Assembly: GCA_963737265.1 (NCBI GenBank)
Contig: CAVTRY010000011.1
Span: forward strand, 1,088,001 to 1,152,000
From: an uncultured delta proteobacterium
GTDB lineage: Bacteria; Myxococcota_A; Polyangia; Fen-1088
Direction: 5' to 3'
DNA length: 64,000 bases
The translations under genes were made by a program, and so were the position numbers. Every line of letters starts with the position of its first letter. The stretch's first letter is position 1. Positions 40,227 to 60,635 of this stretch are shown piece by piece. Under the pieces are notes generated by a model. It saw nothing but the letters and a program-made list of their open reading frames with translations. It ran no database searches and was not told the origin of the DNA.

Positions 40227-42305
40227 TTACGAACTGCGCACGCGATTGGCAATGCCATCGACCACGTGGTTCGGAACTGCGGCAAAGCGCAGAAACTGCA
40301 TAGTGAACGTAGCCCGCCCCTGCGTCAACGAGCGAACATCCGTTGAGTAACCAAACATGCTGGAAAGTGGAACCTCGGCGCTGACCGCCTGCGCCCCGCC
40401 CCGCGGCTCGACGCCCACGATCCGGGCGCGCCTTGCCGAAAGGTTTCCGACCACGGCACCGACATACTGATCCGGCACAACAACATCGAGCGACATCAAG
40501 GGTTCAAGCAATACGGGGCCAGCCTGCGCAACTGCATCGGCGATCGCCTGCGCCGTGGCGATTTGGAAGGCCATCTCGTTCGAGTCTAGCGGATGGTAGG
40601 CGCCGTCAAGCAGCGTTACCACAGCGTCTTCAATTGGGTAGCCGCCGACAGAACCACGGGCCAGCGCGGTCCGCGCGCCCCGCTCCACTGCAATGACAAA
40701 TTCACGAGGCACTGCGCGCGTCGATGCCTGATTGTGAAAGACAAACCCAGAACGCTCGTCGCGCGGCTCAACGCGCAACTTCACTCGCGCGAAGAGCCCG
40801 CGCCCGCCGATCGAATGCTCAAAATGTCCCTCGGCTTCCGCCGATCGAGTAATGGCTTCGCGGTAGGCGACCTGGGGCCGTCCGATTGAGGCTTGCAGGT
40901 TGAATTCACGAATCAGACGGTCAACGATGATCTCAAGGTGCAATTCGCCCATGCCCGAAATCACGGTCTGTCCCGTCTCACCATCGGTCTTCAGACTAAA
41001 GGACGGATCCTCGACGGCTAATCTCTCCAGCGCCCTCAGCAGCTCTTGTTGCCCGGCACTTGTTTTGGCCTCGATAGCGACCGAGCAAGTCGGCTGAGGA
41101 AAATCGATAAGCTCAAGCGTGATGGGCGCGTCGACGTCACAAAGGGTGTCGCCGGTCGACGTCGTACGCAGCCCAACGGCCGCCGCGATGTTACCGCAGG
41201 TGACCTGGCGAATCTCTTCGCGCCGGTTGGCGTGCATGCGCAGAAGACGTCCGATTCGCTCGCGCTTGCCCTTGGTCGCGTTGAACACCGTGGCACCGGT
41301 AGCCACTCGCCCCGAATAGACGCGGAAATAGGTGAGCGGCTCCGAGACGACATCACCCATGATTTTGAAGGCGAGCGCGGAGAACGGCTCTTCGTTCGTC
41401 GCGCGGCGGGTGGCCGGCTGGCCATCCTGGGTGCGGCCGGTCACCGGCGGCATGTCAGCCGGCGACGGCAGATAGTCAACGACGGCGTCGAGCAGAGGCT
41501 GCACGCCCTTGTTTTTGAAAGCCGATCCCAGCAATACAGGGACTGCCTTGCCAGAAATAGTCGCTCGGCGAAGCGCGGCGCGAAGGTTCTTCGAGGAAAT
41601 CTCTGCGCCTTCGACGTAGAGCGCAAGAATCTCGTCATCCACCTCGCCCAGCGCCTCGATCATCGCCACCCGGGCATTTTTCGCCGCCTTTACCAAACTG
41701 GCAGGCACCTGCCGCTCCATGAAAACCGCGCCCGTCGTGTCGCCAACCCATTCGAGAACACGCATTTCGACCAGGTCCACGACGCCTGCAAACGAATCCT
41801 CAATGCCGAGTGGAATCTGCGTCAAGACGGGATGTGCCTTGATGCGATCGCGAATCTGATGCACGCAGCGCCACGGATCCGCTCCCGGCCGGTCGCACTT
41901 GTTGATGAATGCGATGCGCGGGACACTGTACTTGTCCGCCTGGCGCCAAACTGTTTCGGATTGCGGTTCCACGCCGCCGACTGCGCAGAAAACCGTCACC
42001 GCGCCATCGAGCACGCGCAGGCAACGCTCGACTTCGACGGTGAAATCGACGTGCCCAGGAGTGTCGATGATATTCACGCGATGGTCGCGCCAAAAGCAGG
42101 TCGTGGCGGCGGCGGTAATGCTGATGCCGCGCTCCTGTTCCTGTTCCATCCAGTCCATGACCGCGGTGCCGTCATGCACCTCACCTAAGGTCCGCGACAC
42201 GCCTGTGTAGAACAGGATACGCTCGGTAGTCGTGGTTTTCCCCGCATCGATATGCGCCATAATCCCGATATTCCGGGTATGATCTATGGGTACTTGCCGA
42301 GCCAC
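40227..42305 (-). CDS. fusA: elongation factor G (divergent)
   Basis: [26 protein letters not shown]; 692 aa in str operon position. Confidence 0.93.
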   Translation of the reverse strand: MARQVPIDHTRNIGIMAHIDAGKTTTTERILFYTGVSRTLGEVHDGTAVMDWMEQEQERGISITAAATTCFWRDHRVNIIDTPGHVDFTVEVERCLRVLDGAVTVFCAVGGVEPQSETVWRQADKYSVPRIAFINKCDRPGADPWRCVHQIRDRIKAHPVLTQIPLGIEDSFAGVVDLVEMRVLEWVGDTTGAVFMERQVPASLVKAAKNARVAMIEALGEVDDEILALYVEGAEISSKNLRAALRRATISGKAVPVLLGSAFKNKGVQPLLDAVVDYLPSPADMPPVTGRTQDGQPATRRATNEEPFSALAFKIMGDVVSEPLTYFRVYSGRVATGATVFNATKGKRERIGRLLRMHANRREEIRQVTCGNIAAAVGLRTTSTGDTLCDVDAPITLELIDFPQPTCSVAIEAKTSAGQQELLRALERLAVEDPSFSLKTDGETGQTVISGMGELHLEIIVDRLIREFNLQASIGRPQVAYREAITRSAEAEGHFEHSIGGRGLFARVKLRVEPRDERSGFVFHNQASTRAVPREFVIAVERGARTALARGSVGGYPIEDAVVTLLDGAYHPLDSNEMAFQIATAQAIADAVAQAGPVLLEPLMSLDVVVPDQYVGAVVGNLSARRARIVGVEPRGGAQAVSAEVPLSSMFGYSTDVRSLTQGRATFTMQFLRFAAVPNHVVDGIANRVRSS

Positions 42306-42540
42306 GATTTGTGTTTTTCTCCGCGCTCAAGTGGATCAATTGACGGGCTTCTCGCCCTCAGTTGACCACAGGGTCCGCGGTCCCTACTTACCTGGTCAAG
42401 AATTGGTCCAGGCCACTTCGGTCGGCTGGAAGGATTGGCAAAAGCAACTTACCTTTGCCAATCCCTTCAACGACCTATCGAGCCCGAATCTTCCCGCCGC
42501 TATTTGTTTCTTCCCTGTTCGCTGCCGATCCCTTGTTCTT

Positions 42541-43032
42541 CTACCAGCGGTAATGCGCGAACGCCTTGTTCGCTTCCGCCATCTTGTGCGTATCTTCGCG
42601 CTTCTTCACCGCGGATCCCTTGTTATTCGATGCATCCAGCAGCTCAGCCGCAAGCTTTTCGCGCATGGTGCGTCCGTCGGAGCGATCGCGCGCCGAATGG
42701 ATGAGCCAACGCATCCCGAGCGCCAACGCGCGATCCGGTCGAACATCGACGGGAACCTGGTAGGTCGCGCCACCAACGCGCCGTGACTTCACCTCAATTT
42801 TGGGCTGGACATTGGTCATCGCCTTGTCCCAGACCTTGACCGGATCATCGGCGGACTTTTCGGCCACCAAGTCGAAGGCGCCATACACGATCCCCTCGGC
42901 AATGGCCTTCTTGCCCGACTCCATGACGGTATTAACGAACTTGGTAATCCGCCGGCGAACGTCAACTGTCTGATCCGTAAACTTCGGATCCGGAAGTGGT
43001 TTGCGCTTGGGAACTTCACCTTTACGTGGCAT
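42541..43032 (-). CDS. rpsG: 30S ribosomal protein S7
   Basis: [25 protein letters not shown]. Confidence 0.98.
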   Translation of the reverse strand: MPRKGEVPKRKPLPDPKFTDQTVDVRRRITKFVNTVMESGKKAIAEGIVYGAFDLVAEKSADDPVKVWDKAMTNVQPKIEVKSRRVGGATYQVPVDVRPDRALALGMRWLIHSARDRSDGRTMREKLAAELLDASNNKGSAVKKREDTHKMAEANKAFAHYRW

Positions 43033-43074
43033 CTATCGACAACTCCGTGTGGGCAGCAAGTCCGTATTGGCCCG

Positions 43075-43446
43075 TTACTTGGGCCGCTTGGCCCCGTATT
43101 TAGAACGCCCCTGCCGGCGATTGCTAACGCCGGCCGTATCGAGGCTGCCGCGGATAACGTGATACCGGACACCTGGCAAATCCTTGACGCGACCGCCGCG
43201 AATCAGCACCACCGAGTGCTCTTGCAGGTTGTGTCCTTCGCCCGGGATGTAAGTGGTGACTTCCATCCCGTTGGTCAGGCGAACACGGGCGACCTTGCGC
43301 AAAGCCGAGTTCGGCTTCTTCGGCGTGGTCGTGTAGACACGCACACACACACCGCGGCGCTGGGGACAACCCTTGAGCGCGGGCGAATCGGTTTTCCGCC
43401 GCATGACTTGGCGGCCGAATTTTACGAGCTGATTGACTGTAGGCAT
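43075..43446 (-). CDS. rpsL: 30S ribosomal protein S12
   Basis: [27 protein letters not shown]; start ATG 43446. Confidence 0.98.
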   Translation of the reverse strand: MPTVNQLVKFGRQVMRRKTDSPALKGCPQRRGVCVRVYTTTPKKPNSALRKVARVRLTNGMEVTTYIPGEGHNLQEHSVVLIRGGRVKDLPGVRYHVIRGSLDTAGVSNRRQGRSKYGAKRPK

Positions 43447-43530
43447 CTTTGTTTCTTCTTCGGGAAACAGACACTCCAGACTTTGGAATGCCGGCTCCAC
43501 CCGGCAATTACCAGGCCCGAGGAGTGGTGC

Positions 43531-43558
43531 ATTATAGGGATCGCGATCTCAATGTCAA
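43531..43558 (-). promoter_or_regulatory. sigma70 promoter of the str operon
   Basis: Minus strand TTGACA-N16-TATAAT, both hexamers at consensus, upstream of rpsL. Confidence 0.85.
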
Positions 43559-43613
43559 CGATAACTTCAGGTTTCTAACTGCCTGAATTTATGCGCCCTG
43601 GTAGCCGGCACGC

Positions 43614-47798
<4,185 letters not shown>

Positions 47799-47835
47799 AG
47801 CTGGTCACTCCCGTGGCGGATCGTCATCGATCAGT

Positions 47836-52050
<4,215 letters not shown>

Positions 52051-52185
52051 TTGCGTTCTCCCCTCGCCGTTAGTTATCTACGAACTCCAAACAGTCGAAT
52101 GCCGGAGGGCACCTAGGCGCCCCCGGCCACGACCGTTTCCGAATGTCGACTGATGTCGACTGTGTATTCTCAACTGTCGACGTGC

Positions 52186-52572
52186 CTACTTTATTTCAAC
52201 TTTCGCGCCCGCATCTTCGAGCTTCTTCTTGAAGCTCTCGGCGTCGGCCTTGGAGACGCCTTCCTTGACGTTCTTCGGGGCGCCGTCCACCAGGTCCTTG
52301 GCTTCCTTCAAACCGAGCTGGGTAAGCTCACGTACGGCCTTGATAACTTCGATCTTCTTGGCACCCGCCTCCTTGAGGACGACCGTGAACTCGGTCTGCT
52401 CCGCGGCGGCGGCGGCGCCACCAGCGGCGGGCGCTGCGCCCGCGGCAGCAACGGCAACGGGAGCCGCCTTGACGCCCCACTTATCCTCGAGCTCCCTGGT
52501 GAGGGAAGCGATGTCCATCACGGACAGCTGGGAAAGAAAATCAACAACTTGCTCCTTCGTCACATCGGCCAT
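52186..52572 (-). CDS. rplL: 50S ribosomal protein L7/L12
   Basis: Ala-rich hinge, [10 protein letters not shown]. Confidence 0.98.
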   Translation of the reverse strand: MADVTKEQVVDFLSQLSVMDIASLTRELEDKWGVKAAPVAVAAAGAAPAAGGAAAAAEQTEFTVVLKEAGAKKIEVIKAVRELTQLGLKEAKDLVDGAPKNVKEGVSKADAESFKKKLEDAGAKVEIK

Positions 52573-52638
52573 ATCAAGGTCTCCTTCTGGGTTTCAAAAT
52601 CGTGTTGGTGAAATTTCGCGGTCGGGTGCGGGCTCGGG

Positions 52639-53169
52639 CTACTTCTTCTCGCTGTCCTTGAGACCGCCCTCGCGCGCGGATAACAGGTAAACAAAGTTCT
52701 GCGGTGCAGCGCCAAGCAGGCGCAGGAAGCCCTGGGGTGCGGCCAGCAACGTTGCCAGGAAGGTCGCGCGAGCCTCGTCTTTGCCGGGCAGCGTGGAAAG
52801 AGCTTCGACACCCTTCTGGTCTAGCAACCGGCCGCCGATGTAGCCACCCTTGATGACGAACTTGCTCTCGGCCTTGGCCACCTTGGTCGCGACCTTGGCG
52901 GGCGCGGACGGATCCTCGACCGAGTAGGCGATCGCGGTCGGACCAGCGAGGAGCTTTTCGAGCACCTCCATGGCCGTGCCCTTGACCGCCTTACCGAGCA
53001 ATGTGTTCTTGACGACTTGGTATTCGCAGCCCACGGCGCGAAATTCGCGTCGCAGTTTGTTGTCGCTCTCGACGGTGAGACCGCGAAAATCGGCGATGAT
53101 TAGGCTCTGCGCCGAAGCAAGCCGCGTCTTGAGTGCGTCGATATTGGCGTTTTTTTCTGTGGAATTCAC
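52639..53169 (-). CDS. rplJ: 50S ribosomal protein L10
   Basis: DFRGLTV, VVKNTL, GPTAIA; GTG start. Confidence 0.96.
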   Translation of the reverse strand: MNSTEKNANIDALKTRLASAQSLIIADFRGLTVESDNKLRREFRAVGCEYQVVKNTLLGKAVKGTAMEVLEKLLAGPTAIAYSVEDPSAPAKVATKVAKAESKFVIKGGYIGGRLLDQKGVEALSTLPGKDEARATFLATLLAAPQGFLRLLGAAPQNFVYLLSAREGGLKDSEKK

Positions 53170-53183
53170 GATGAAAGTCCTTC

Positions 53184-53897
53184 CTATTGCACGCCGAATT
53201 CGGCGACGAGCGGGACGGTGTCAACCTTGATCCCAGGACCCATCGTAGTGGAAAGAGTAACCGACCTCATGTACGTGCCTTTTGCCGAGGCCGGTTTCAT
53301 CTTGATGAGCGTCTCGACCATGACACGCGCGTTGGCGAGAAGCTTGTCCCCGCCAAAGGAGGCTTTGCCGATTCTCGCATGAACCACGCCAGCCTTCTCG
53401 ACGCGAAACTCGACGCGCCCGGCTTTGAGCTCGCGCACGGCCTTGGCCACATCGGTGGTCACCGTTCCGACCTTGGGGTTCGGCATGAGACCCTTGGGAC
53501 CAAGCACCCGCCCCAAACGGCCAACCAAACCCATCATGTCGGGCGTGGCAACCATGGAGTCGAAATCGGTCCAGTTTTCCTTCTGAATCTTTTCGACTAA
53601 GTCCTCCGCGCCGACGAAGTCAGCGCCGGCGTCCTTGGCGTCCTTGGCCTTGTCGCCCTTGGCGATGACAGCCACGCGCAGGGTTTTGCCGGTTCCGTGG
53701 GGCAGCACGACCGCGCCACGTACCATCTGATCGGCATGTTTAGGATCGACGCCGAGCCGAACTGCGATGTCGACGCTCTCGTCGAACTTCGCGACCTTGG
53801 TCTCGGGCAATAATTTGCATGCGTCCGCCAAGGTGTATCGCTTGGTGCGATCCACCTTCGCCTCGGCCTTCTTGTACTTCTTTCCTGTTTTGGGCAT
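53184..53897 (-). CDS. rplA: 50S ribosomal protein L1
   Basis: [31 protein letters not shown]. Confidence 0.98.
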   Translation of the reverse strand: MPKTGKKYKKAEAKVDRTKRYTLADACKLLPETKVAKFDESVDIAVRLGVDPKHADQMVRGAVVLPHGTGKTLRVAVIAKGDKAKDAKDAGADFVGAEDLVEKIQKENWTDFDSMVATPDMMGLVGRLGRVLGPKGLMPNPKVGTVTTDVAKAVRELKAGRVEFRVEKAGVVHARIGKASFGGDKLLANARVMVETLIKMKPASAKGTYMRSVTLSTTMGPGIKVDTVPLVAEFGVQ

Positions 53898-53917
53898 GTT
53901 TTCCTACTCTGCGGCGG

Positions 53918-54364
53918 TCAGCCTTCCACCTCGACGCCCATCGATTTTGCGGTTCCCGCAATGGTCCGCATCGCCGATTCGACGCTGGTGGTGTTGAGGT
54001 CAGGGAGCTTGGTGGTGGCGATGTCGCGCAGCTGTTTCTTGCTGAGCTTACCCACCTTGACTTTGTTGGGCTCTTTCGAGCCGGATCCCGGTTTCTTGGC
54101 CGTGGACAGCCCGACGGCTTTCTTGATTAGCACGGCCGCGGGTGGCGTTTTGGTAATAAACGTAAATGAGCGATCCGAAAACACCGTGATGACCACGGGG
54201 ATCGTCATCTCGTCCTTCGCCTGAGCCTGCGTGCGCGCGTTGAACTGCTTGCAGAAGTCCATGATGTTCACGCCGTGCTGACCCAGCGCGGGCCCAACGG
54301 GTGGTGCCGGATTGGCCTTGCCGGCTGGAATCTGGAGCTTGATGTATCCTGTTACTTTCTTCAT
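53918..54364 (-). CDS. rplK: 50S ribosomal protein L11
   Basis: [22 protein letters not shown]. Confidence 0.98.
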   Translation of the reverse strand: MKKVTGYIKLQIPAGKANPAPPVGPALGQHGVNIMDFCKQFNARTQAQAKDEMTIPVVITVFSDRSFTFITKTPPAAVLIKKAVGLSTAKKPGSGSKEPNKVKVGKLSKKQLRDIATTKLPDLNTTSVESAMRTIAGTAKSMGVEVEG

Positions 54365-54381
54365 GGAATCAACCTAGCGGT

Positions 54382-54909
54382 TCAGACTTTCTCGACCTGA
54401 GCGAAGTCGAGCTCGACCGGGGTAGCCCGGCCGAAGATGGAAAGATTCACGCGAAGCTTCTGCTTCTCTTGCTTCACTTCGACAACGATGCCCGTGAAGT
54501 TCGCAAACGGCCCTTCGGTCACGCGAACATTGTCGTTCTCTTTGAAATTCTCTCGCGGCCGAGGGCGCGACGCACCCTCGGTAATAGCCGTATTGATATT
54601 TTGGATCTCGGTTTCCTTCACCGGTTGCGGGTTCATCCCGCCCAGAAACCCCGTGATGCGCGGCGTGTTCTTCACCAGGTGGAAGGTTTCCTGGTCCAAA
54701 TCCATCTGTACGAACATGTAGCCAGGGAAGAATTTCCGCGTCGTGGAGCGCTTCTGCCCCTTCACCAATTCGACAACCGTGTCGGTGGGAATGAGAACAC
54801 TGCCGAACTTTTCGTTCAGCCCAGCCTGTCGCACCCGATCGAGCAACGACAAACGTGCTTTGTTCTCATGTCCCGAATACGTATGCACGACATACCATTT
54901 CATCGCCAT
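54382..54909 (-). CDS. nusG: transcription termination/antitermination factor NusG
   Basis: WYVVHTYSGHE, FPGY, KOW GPFANF...IFGRATPVEL; start trimmed to ATG 54909. Confidence 0.97.
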   Translation of the reverse strand: MAMKWYVVHTYSGHENKARLSLLDRVRQAGLNEKFGSVLIPTDTVVELVKGQKRSTTRKFFPGYMFVQMDLDQETFHLVKNTPRITGFLGGMNPQPVKETEIQNINTAITEGASRPRPRENFKENDNVRVTEGPFANFTGIVVEVKQEKQKLRVNLSIFGRATPVELDFAQVEKV

Positions 54910-54929
54910 GGAGCTCACCGCCTCAGGTG

Positions 54930-55286
54930 TCACTTGAGGATCTTGCCCGCAAGAAACGCCCAAATAACGTCGAAAAACGACAGAATGAGCGTTGCGATGA
55001 GGACCGTAACGATTACAACAATCGTTGCGTAATAGGTTTCCTTCTTGGTCGGCCAGGTGACCTTCTCGAGCTCCCTGGTCACGTCGGATGCCGTCGCGAA
55101 CACACGTTCGTTGCGATAGGCAATAACGCCTCCGACGACGCCACAAACCAGCGCGACCCCCTGCATCGCCAACTCGTTCGGCTTGGCGAAGTAACTCCAG
55201 ATCCAGTCCCCAGTCTTATAGATCAGGAACGAGAGCAAGAGCACTCCGACGGCGAATGTCAAATGGATGTATTTATTAGGGCCCAT
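54930..55286 (-). CDS. secE: preprotein translocase subunit SecE
   Basis: ELEKVTWPTKKE motif, three hydrophobic segments, upstream of nusG. Confidence 0.93.
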   Translation of the reverse strand: MGPNKYIHLTFAVGVLLLSFLIYKTGDWIWSYFAKPNELAMQGVALVCGVVGGVIAYRNERVFATASDVTRELEKVTWPTKKETYYATIVVIVTVLIATLILSFFDVIWAFLAGKILK

Positions 55287-55318
55287 GATTGCCCGCTAAG
55301 CTCCCCGTGAAATCGCAG

Positions 55319-55391
55319 CAGGGCAGGAGGGACTCGAACCCACAACACGCGGTTTTGGAGACCGCTGCTCTACCATTGGAGCTACTGCCCT
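55319..55391 (-). tRNA. tRNA-Trp(CCA)
   Basis: AGGGCAGTAGCTCCAATGGTAGAGCA-GCGGT-CTCCAAA-ACCGC...GGTTCGAGTCC. Confidence 0.96.
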
Positions 55392-55397
55392 ATTGTA

Positions 55398-55669
55398 ATG
55401 GGAACCCTGGGAGGGTTCCCAAACCCTCCCGCGCTCTGGCTGCGGCGGGCATAGCTCGCCTACGCCAACGCGACCGATGGGAACTTCGCTGGGAACCCTG
55501 AAAGGGTTCCCATACCCTCCCGCGATGGTCCGCGGCGAGCCAAGCTCGCCGACTCCCCACGCGCCGTTGGGAACCCACGATGGACCGGAGGTGACGCACT
55601 GGCGAAGGCGGGCTTTGCCTGCCGGAGCCAGAGCGCGGGTGGGTTTGGGAACCCTCCCAGGATTCCCAT
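55398..55669. repeat. cluster of three ~70-bp palindrome-containing repeats (two direct, one inverted); REP/BIME- or MITE-like
   Basis: Copies at ~55398-55467, ~55490-55559 and inverted ~55600-55669; each begins GGGAA(C/T)CCT...AGGGTTCCC. Confidence 0.8.
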
Positions 55670-55681
55670 CAAAATAACCCA

Positions 55682-55840
55682 TCACTTCGCCTCCTTGTGC
55701 TCCGTGTGCTTGCGGCAGCGGCTGCAAAACTTCGACAGCTTGAGCTTTTCCGCATTCGCGCGCTTGTTCTTCGTACTGGAGTAGTTGCGCTCGCGACATT
55801 CTTGACACTCCAGGGTAATGATGACTCGCGCGGTGGCCAC
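55682..55840 (-). CDS. rpmG: 50S ribosomal protein L33 (Zn-binding type; below the ORF-track cutoff)
   Basis: Manual translation [52 protein letters not shown]. Confidence 0.95.
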   Translation of the reverse strand: MATARVIITLECQECRERNYSSTKNKRANAEKLKLSKFCSRCRKHTEHKEAK

Positions 55841-55875
55841 GGGCGTCCTCCTCGTTCAGTTTCCGTTGAAGGTCG

Positions 55876-57072
<1,197 letters not shown>

Positions 57073-57151
57073 CGTCTGATCTCCGGAAGAGCGTCTCGTT
57101 TGTTCTGTTCAGCCCTGTCGACAATCTTGCTCAAGTATCTTGCTCACGCAG

Positions 57152-57225
<74 letters not shown>

Positions 57226-57320
57226 GACCCCTATCTGCTTTGGTTAGTTCCGCTTTTCGAATCCCCTTCTACATCGTTCTTTGGGCATTCTGCCAGGATT
57301 GGGTAGCAGCCTGCCCGCTG

Positions 57321-57393
<73 letters not shown>

Positions 57394-57445
57394 ATCGATT
57401 CTCGCTATTTTGTTTTCGGTCCGTTCCAAGAAAGCCCGCTGTATC

Positions 57446-57530
<85 letters not shown>

Positions 57531-57618
57531 GAAACACGTCTTCTCCGACAATGCACCCGGCCATATGTAGAAACCGAACGCTTCGTTATTTTTTCTATGG
57601 ATTCCTCGATAGGTGCGG

Positions 57619-57690
57619 AGCTGGCGATGGGAATCGAACCCGCAGCCTGCTGATTACAAATCAGCTGCTCTACCATTGAGCTACGCCAGC
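57619..57690 (-). tRNA. tRNA-Thr(TGT)
   Basis: GCTGA-TTTGTAA-TCAGC; cloverleaf. Confidence 0.95.
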
Positions 57691-57782
57691 GCCGGGTTTT
57701 CATCAGATTTCCTGTGATTTCGCCTAGTTAATCGGTCTCGCCCTGCGGGTGCAGCTATATCCTCCGCACGCAGAGGCGCGAA

Positions 57783-57811
57783 CGTATATGTCGGTATTGG
57801 GAGCCTGTCAA
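57783..57811 (-). promoter_or_regulatory. sigma70 promoter of the tRNA-tuf operon
   Basis: Minus strand TTGACA-N17-TATACG followed by GC-rich sequence. Confidence 0.7.
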
Positions 57812-57882
57812 GCAGAATCCTGGCCGAGCAGCCTTGCTCGGCTCGAAACAGGCCGCGGCTCTCCAATCCCAGGCGCATGACA

Positions 57883-59151
57883 TCATAAGACGTGGCGTCT
57901 TATTGCGTCACCTTCACTCGGCGACGATTCTTCCGGGGACTCGCCGCGACGGAGCGGCGCCTTGGGCACGGGCGGAGCCACCGGGTCCGGGCTCGGCAAG
58001 GGCGCGCTGTTCTTGAGGCTGTCGTCATCTCCGGGCGGCAGCTTGGGATCGAGCAGCCGGAGCAGCTTGGCGTAGGCCAATTTGCTCTTCGCCGCCCAAT
58101 CGGTCGTGACGCCGAGGCGTTCGACCATCAACAAGTTTTCGCGCTGCCAGCGCATGGACTTTTCAAGCAGGATGCGAATCTTCTTGTGCAGCTCTTCCTG
58201 ATATACCTCGCGCGCCTCGGCGTTCAGCTCGGGTGGGATGGGCACGTTCATGAATGCGTCGTAGAGCTCCTCGTAGAGAGAGCCGACCTGAAAACCCGCT
58301 GCGGACGCCCACGCTGGGTTGCCGAACTTGATGGTATCGATGTAGGCACGCTGGGCGGTTAGAAGCAGGTGCGCCTTCTCCTCGAGATCCTTGTCGAGTC
58401 GCGCTTCCGGAAGTCGCAACGCCGCGTTGCGAAAGCGCAGATGATAAATCTGCCCCAGGTGGTACTGCGAAAAAGCCAGGTAGAAGTCCGTCGCGAGGCG
58501 CTCCTCGGTCTCGATGCGCTGCTTGTACGACATGGCTGCGCGAAAGGTCTTCTCGGCTGTATCGAGATCGCCCAGGTTGAACTGGGCAAAGCCGCGTCGG
58601 GCGATGGCTTCGATGTGGTCATCCGCATTCAGATCGGTTCGTTCGAGGATGCGAGCGAAGACCTCGGCCGATGCGGGCCAGTTGGTTTGCTCGGCGTAGC
58701 AGGCGCCTAGCTGAAACAGCGAGTCCTTGGCGTCGGGGTGTTTCGGGTACTTTTCGACCAGCACTTTGAACGACTCGATGGCGGCTGGCCAGTCCGCCTG
58801 ACCGACCTGGGCCAGGCCAAGATTGTAGAGCGCGGGGCGGGCGTAGGACGACTCGGGGAAGTTCTTGAGCAGTTTGCCGTAGGTCTTCACCGCGTCCTCC
58901 AAGCGCTTCTCGGACAACGCGGTGCCTGCCTGTTCGAACAGCTCCGGCGCATCGAAAGCATCCATGTGGATGCCGTCGGCGCTGCTCGTGGCCTCGATCT
59001 TGATGGGATCCATGTCGAGGTGAAGCGCCGGCTCGGGGCCGGCCGCGGGCGGCTGCCGCTGGGCCGTGGTCCCGCAACCGGCCGCGAAGCCCAACATGAC
59101 CAGCAGCAGGTACCTTTGCGCTTTGTCCTTTGTTTGGTTGAAATTCCTCAT
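57883..59151 (-). CDS. tetratricopeptide-repeat lipoprotein
   Basis: Lipobox FAAGC after ATG 59151; repeated ALYNLGLA / SLFQLGAC / ARRGFAQFNLG TPR-like units. Confidence 0.75.
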   Translation of the reverse strand: MRNFNQTKDKAQRYLLLVMLGFAAGCGTTAQRQPPAAGPEPALHLDMDPIKIEATSSADGIHMDAFDAPELFEQAGTALSEKRLEDAVKTYGKLLKNFPESSYARPALYNLGLAQVGQADWPAAIESFKVLVEKYPKHPDAKDSLFQLGACYAEQTNWPASAEVFARILERTDLNADDHIEAIARRGFAQFNLGDLDTAEKTFRAAMSYKQRIETEERLATDFYLAFSQYHLGQIYHLRFRNAALRLPEARLDKDLEEKAHLLLTAQRAYIDTIKFGNPAWASAAGFQVGSLYEELYDAFMNVPIPPELNAEAREVYQEELHKKIRILLEKSMRWQRENLLMVERLGVTTDWAAKSKLAYAKLLRLLDPKLPPGDDDSLKNSAPLPSPDPVAPPVPKAPLRRGESPEESSPSEGDAIRRHVL

Positions 59152-59225
59152 GGTGCCCCCTGCCCCTATGGACAACCCATCCCCGGCCGGGTTCCAGTCT
59201 ATCTTATCGGCGGAAGGAGAAGGCT

Positions 59226-59801
59226 TTGGATCATAGTTTCCCAAACAACATCGTACCACCGCCCCAGCTCATTTCGGCCGCGCAAATCGCCACCCGGGTA
59301 GCCACGCTGGGCCGCGAAATCGGGTCGGCGCTGCCTGACGGGACAATCCACGTCATCGGCGTTCTGCGGGGCGCCTTCGTCTTCATGTCGGATCTCGTTC
59401 GTGTGCTGCCCAGGGAAACGCGCTGCGATTTTCTGGCCGTACGCAGCTACGGCTCGACCACCGAAACCTCGGGCGTCGTCGAGATCACCCACGACCTAGG
59501 CTTGCCCATCGCCGGTGAGCACGTCCTCCTGGTCGAAGACATCGTGGACACCGGCCTCACGCTCCTTTATCTGCTCGATGTCCTGAAAGCCCGCCAGCCC
59601 GCCAGCGTGAGCGTGTGCGCCCTCCTCAACAAGCCTTCCCGCCGCCGGGTGGAGGTTCCGCTCGACTTCCACGACTTCACTATCCCCGATCTGTTTGTCG
59701 TCGGCTATGGACTCGACTACGATCAACGCTATCGAAATCTCCCGTACATCGGCGTCATCCAAGAACACACCAAGCAAGAACACACAGAGCAAGGCCAATG
59801 A
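59226..59801 (+). CDS. hpt: hypoxanthine phosphoribosyltransferase
   Basis: GVLRGAFVFMSDL, VLLVEDIVDTGLTL, FVVGYGLDY...YRNLPYI. Confidence 0.95.
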   Translation: MDHSFPNNIVPPPQLISAAQIATRVATLGREIGSALPDGTIHVIGVLRGAFVFMSDLVRVLPRETRCDFLAVRSYGSTTETSGVVEITHDLGLPIAGEHVLLVEDIVDTGLTLLYLLDVLKARQPASVSVCALLNKPSRRRVEVPLDFHDFTIPDLFVVGYGLDYDQRYRNLPYIGVIQEHTKQEHTEQGQ

Positions 59802-60544
59802 GACAAGCCATCGTTCTTCAGCACGTCGATCGTGAAGGGCCGGGGTACATCGCGGACCTTTGCCGGCAGCGCGGGTTCAGCGTGCACATCCTTCGCCTGG
59901 ATCTCGGCGTCCCAGTGCCGGCCTCGCTAAGCGACGGTGATCTGCTGGTGGTCATGGGCGGATCGATGGGCATCGGGGATCTCGAGGACGCCCGCTTTCC
60001 CTTTCTCGCCCGCGAGGTCGGCCTTCTTCGCGAAGTCCTGGCGCGGGGGCAGCCGGTGCTCGGCGTGTGTCTCGGCGCTCAGCTGCTCGCGCACGCGGCC
60101 GGCAGCCGCGTGTATCCCAACCAACGCCGAGACGAACACGGCGTCTTGCGACCAGCGCGCGAGGTTGGATTCGGCGAGGTTCGCCTGCTGGAAACCCCGC
60201 GCGAGCCGGCTTTCGCGGGATTTGGCAAGACCATCAAGGTGCTGCACTGGCACGGCGATACTTTCGATCTGCCGGCCGGATCGGTGCATTTGGCGGCGAG
60301 CGACGCCTGCGCGAACCAGGCATTTCGCATCGGTCGGCGCGCCTTCGGGCTGCAGTTTCACGTCGAAACCGACGCCGAGTTGGTGCGCCAGTGGGCGAAT
60401 GATGATTCCGACTTCGCCGTCAGCGCGCTCGGTCCCGACGGCCCCGCGACCGTCGCAGCGATGAGCGAGCAAGGCGCGCGCGAAGTCGGCGCGACGGGAA
60501 GAAAGCTCATCGAGAACATTCTCGGCGAGATGCTGACAGAGTAG
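59798..60544 (+). CDS. class I glutamine amidotransferase (GuaA-like, stand-alone)
   Basis: VVMGG, LGVCLGAQL, WHGDTF, LQFHVE (Cys-His-Glu triad); ATG overlaps the hpt stop. Confidence 0.9.
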   Translation: MRQAIVLQHVDREGPGYIADLCRQRGFSVHILRLDLGVPVPASLSDGDLLVVMGGSMGIGDLEDARFPFLAREVGLLREVLARGQPVLGVCLGAQLLAHAAGSRVYPNQRRDEHGVLRPAREVGFGEVRLLETPREPAFAGFGKTIKVLHWHGDTFDLPAGSVHLAASDACANQAFRIGRRAFGLQFHVETDAELVRQWANDDSDFAVSALGPDGPATVAAMSEQGAREVGATGRKLIENILGEMLTE

Positions 60545-60635
60545 AGCCGCTGCTCTTTTTCGGGGCGAGGAGCAAATCGAACCTGGCAGGTAACACTTCT
60601 GCGCAGCGCCGGTGTTCTGGTAGGAGAGAGCCCGC

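Noticed and set aside
55398-55669. Possible CRISPR array
   Set aside because: Units are ~70 bp, diverged and of mixed orientation, with no regular unique spacers and no cas genes in the window
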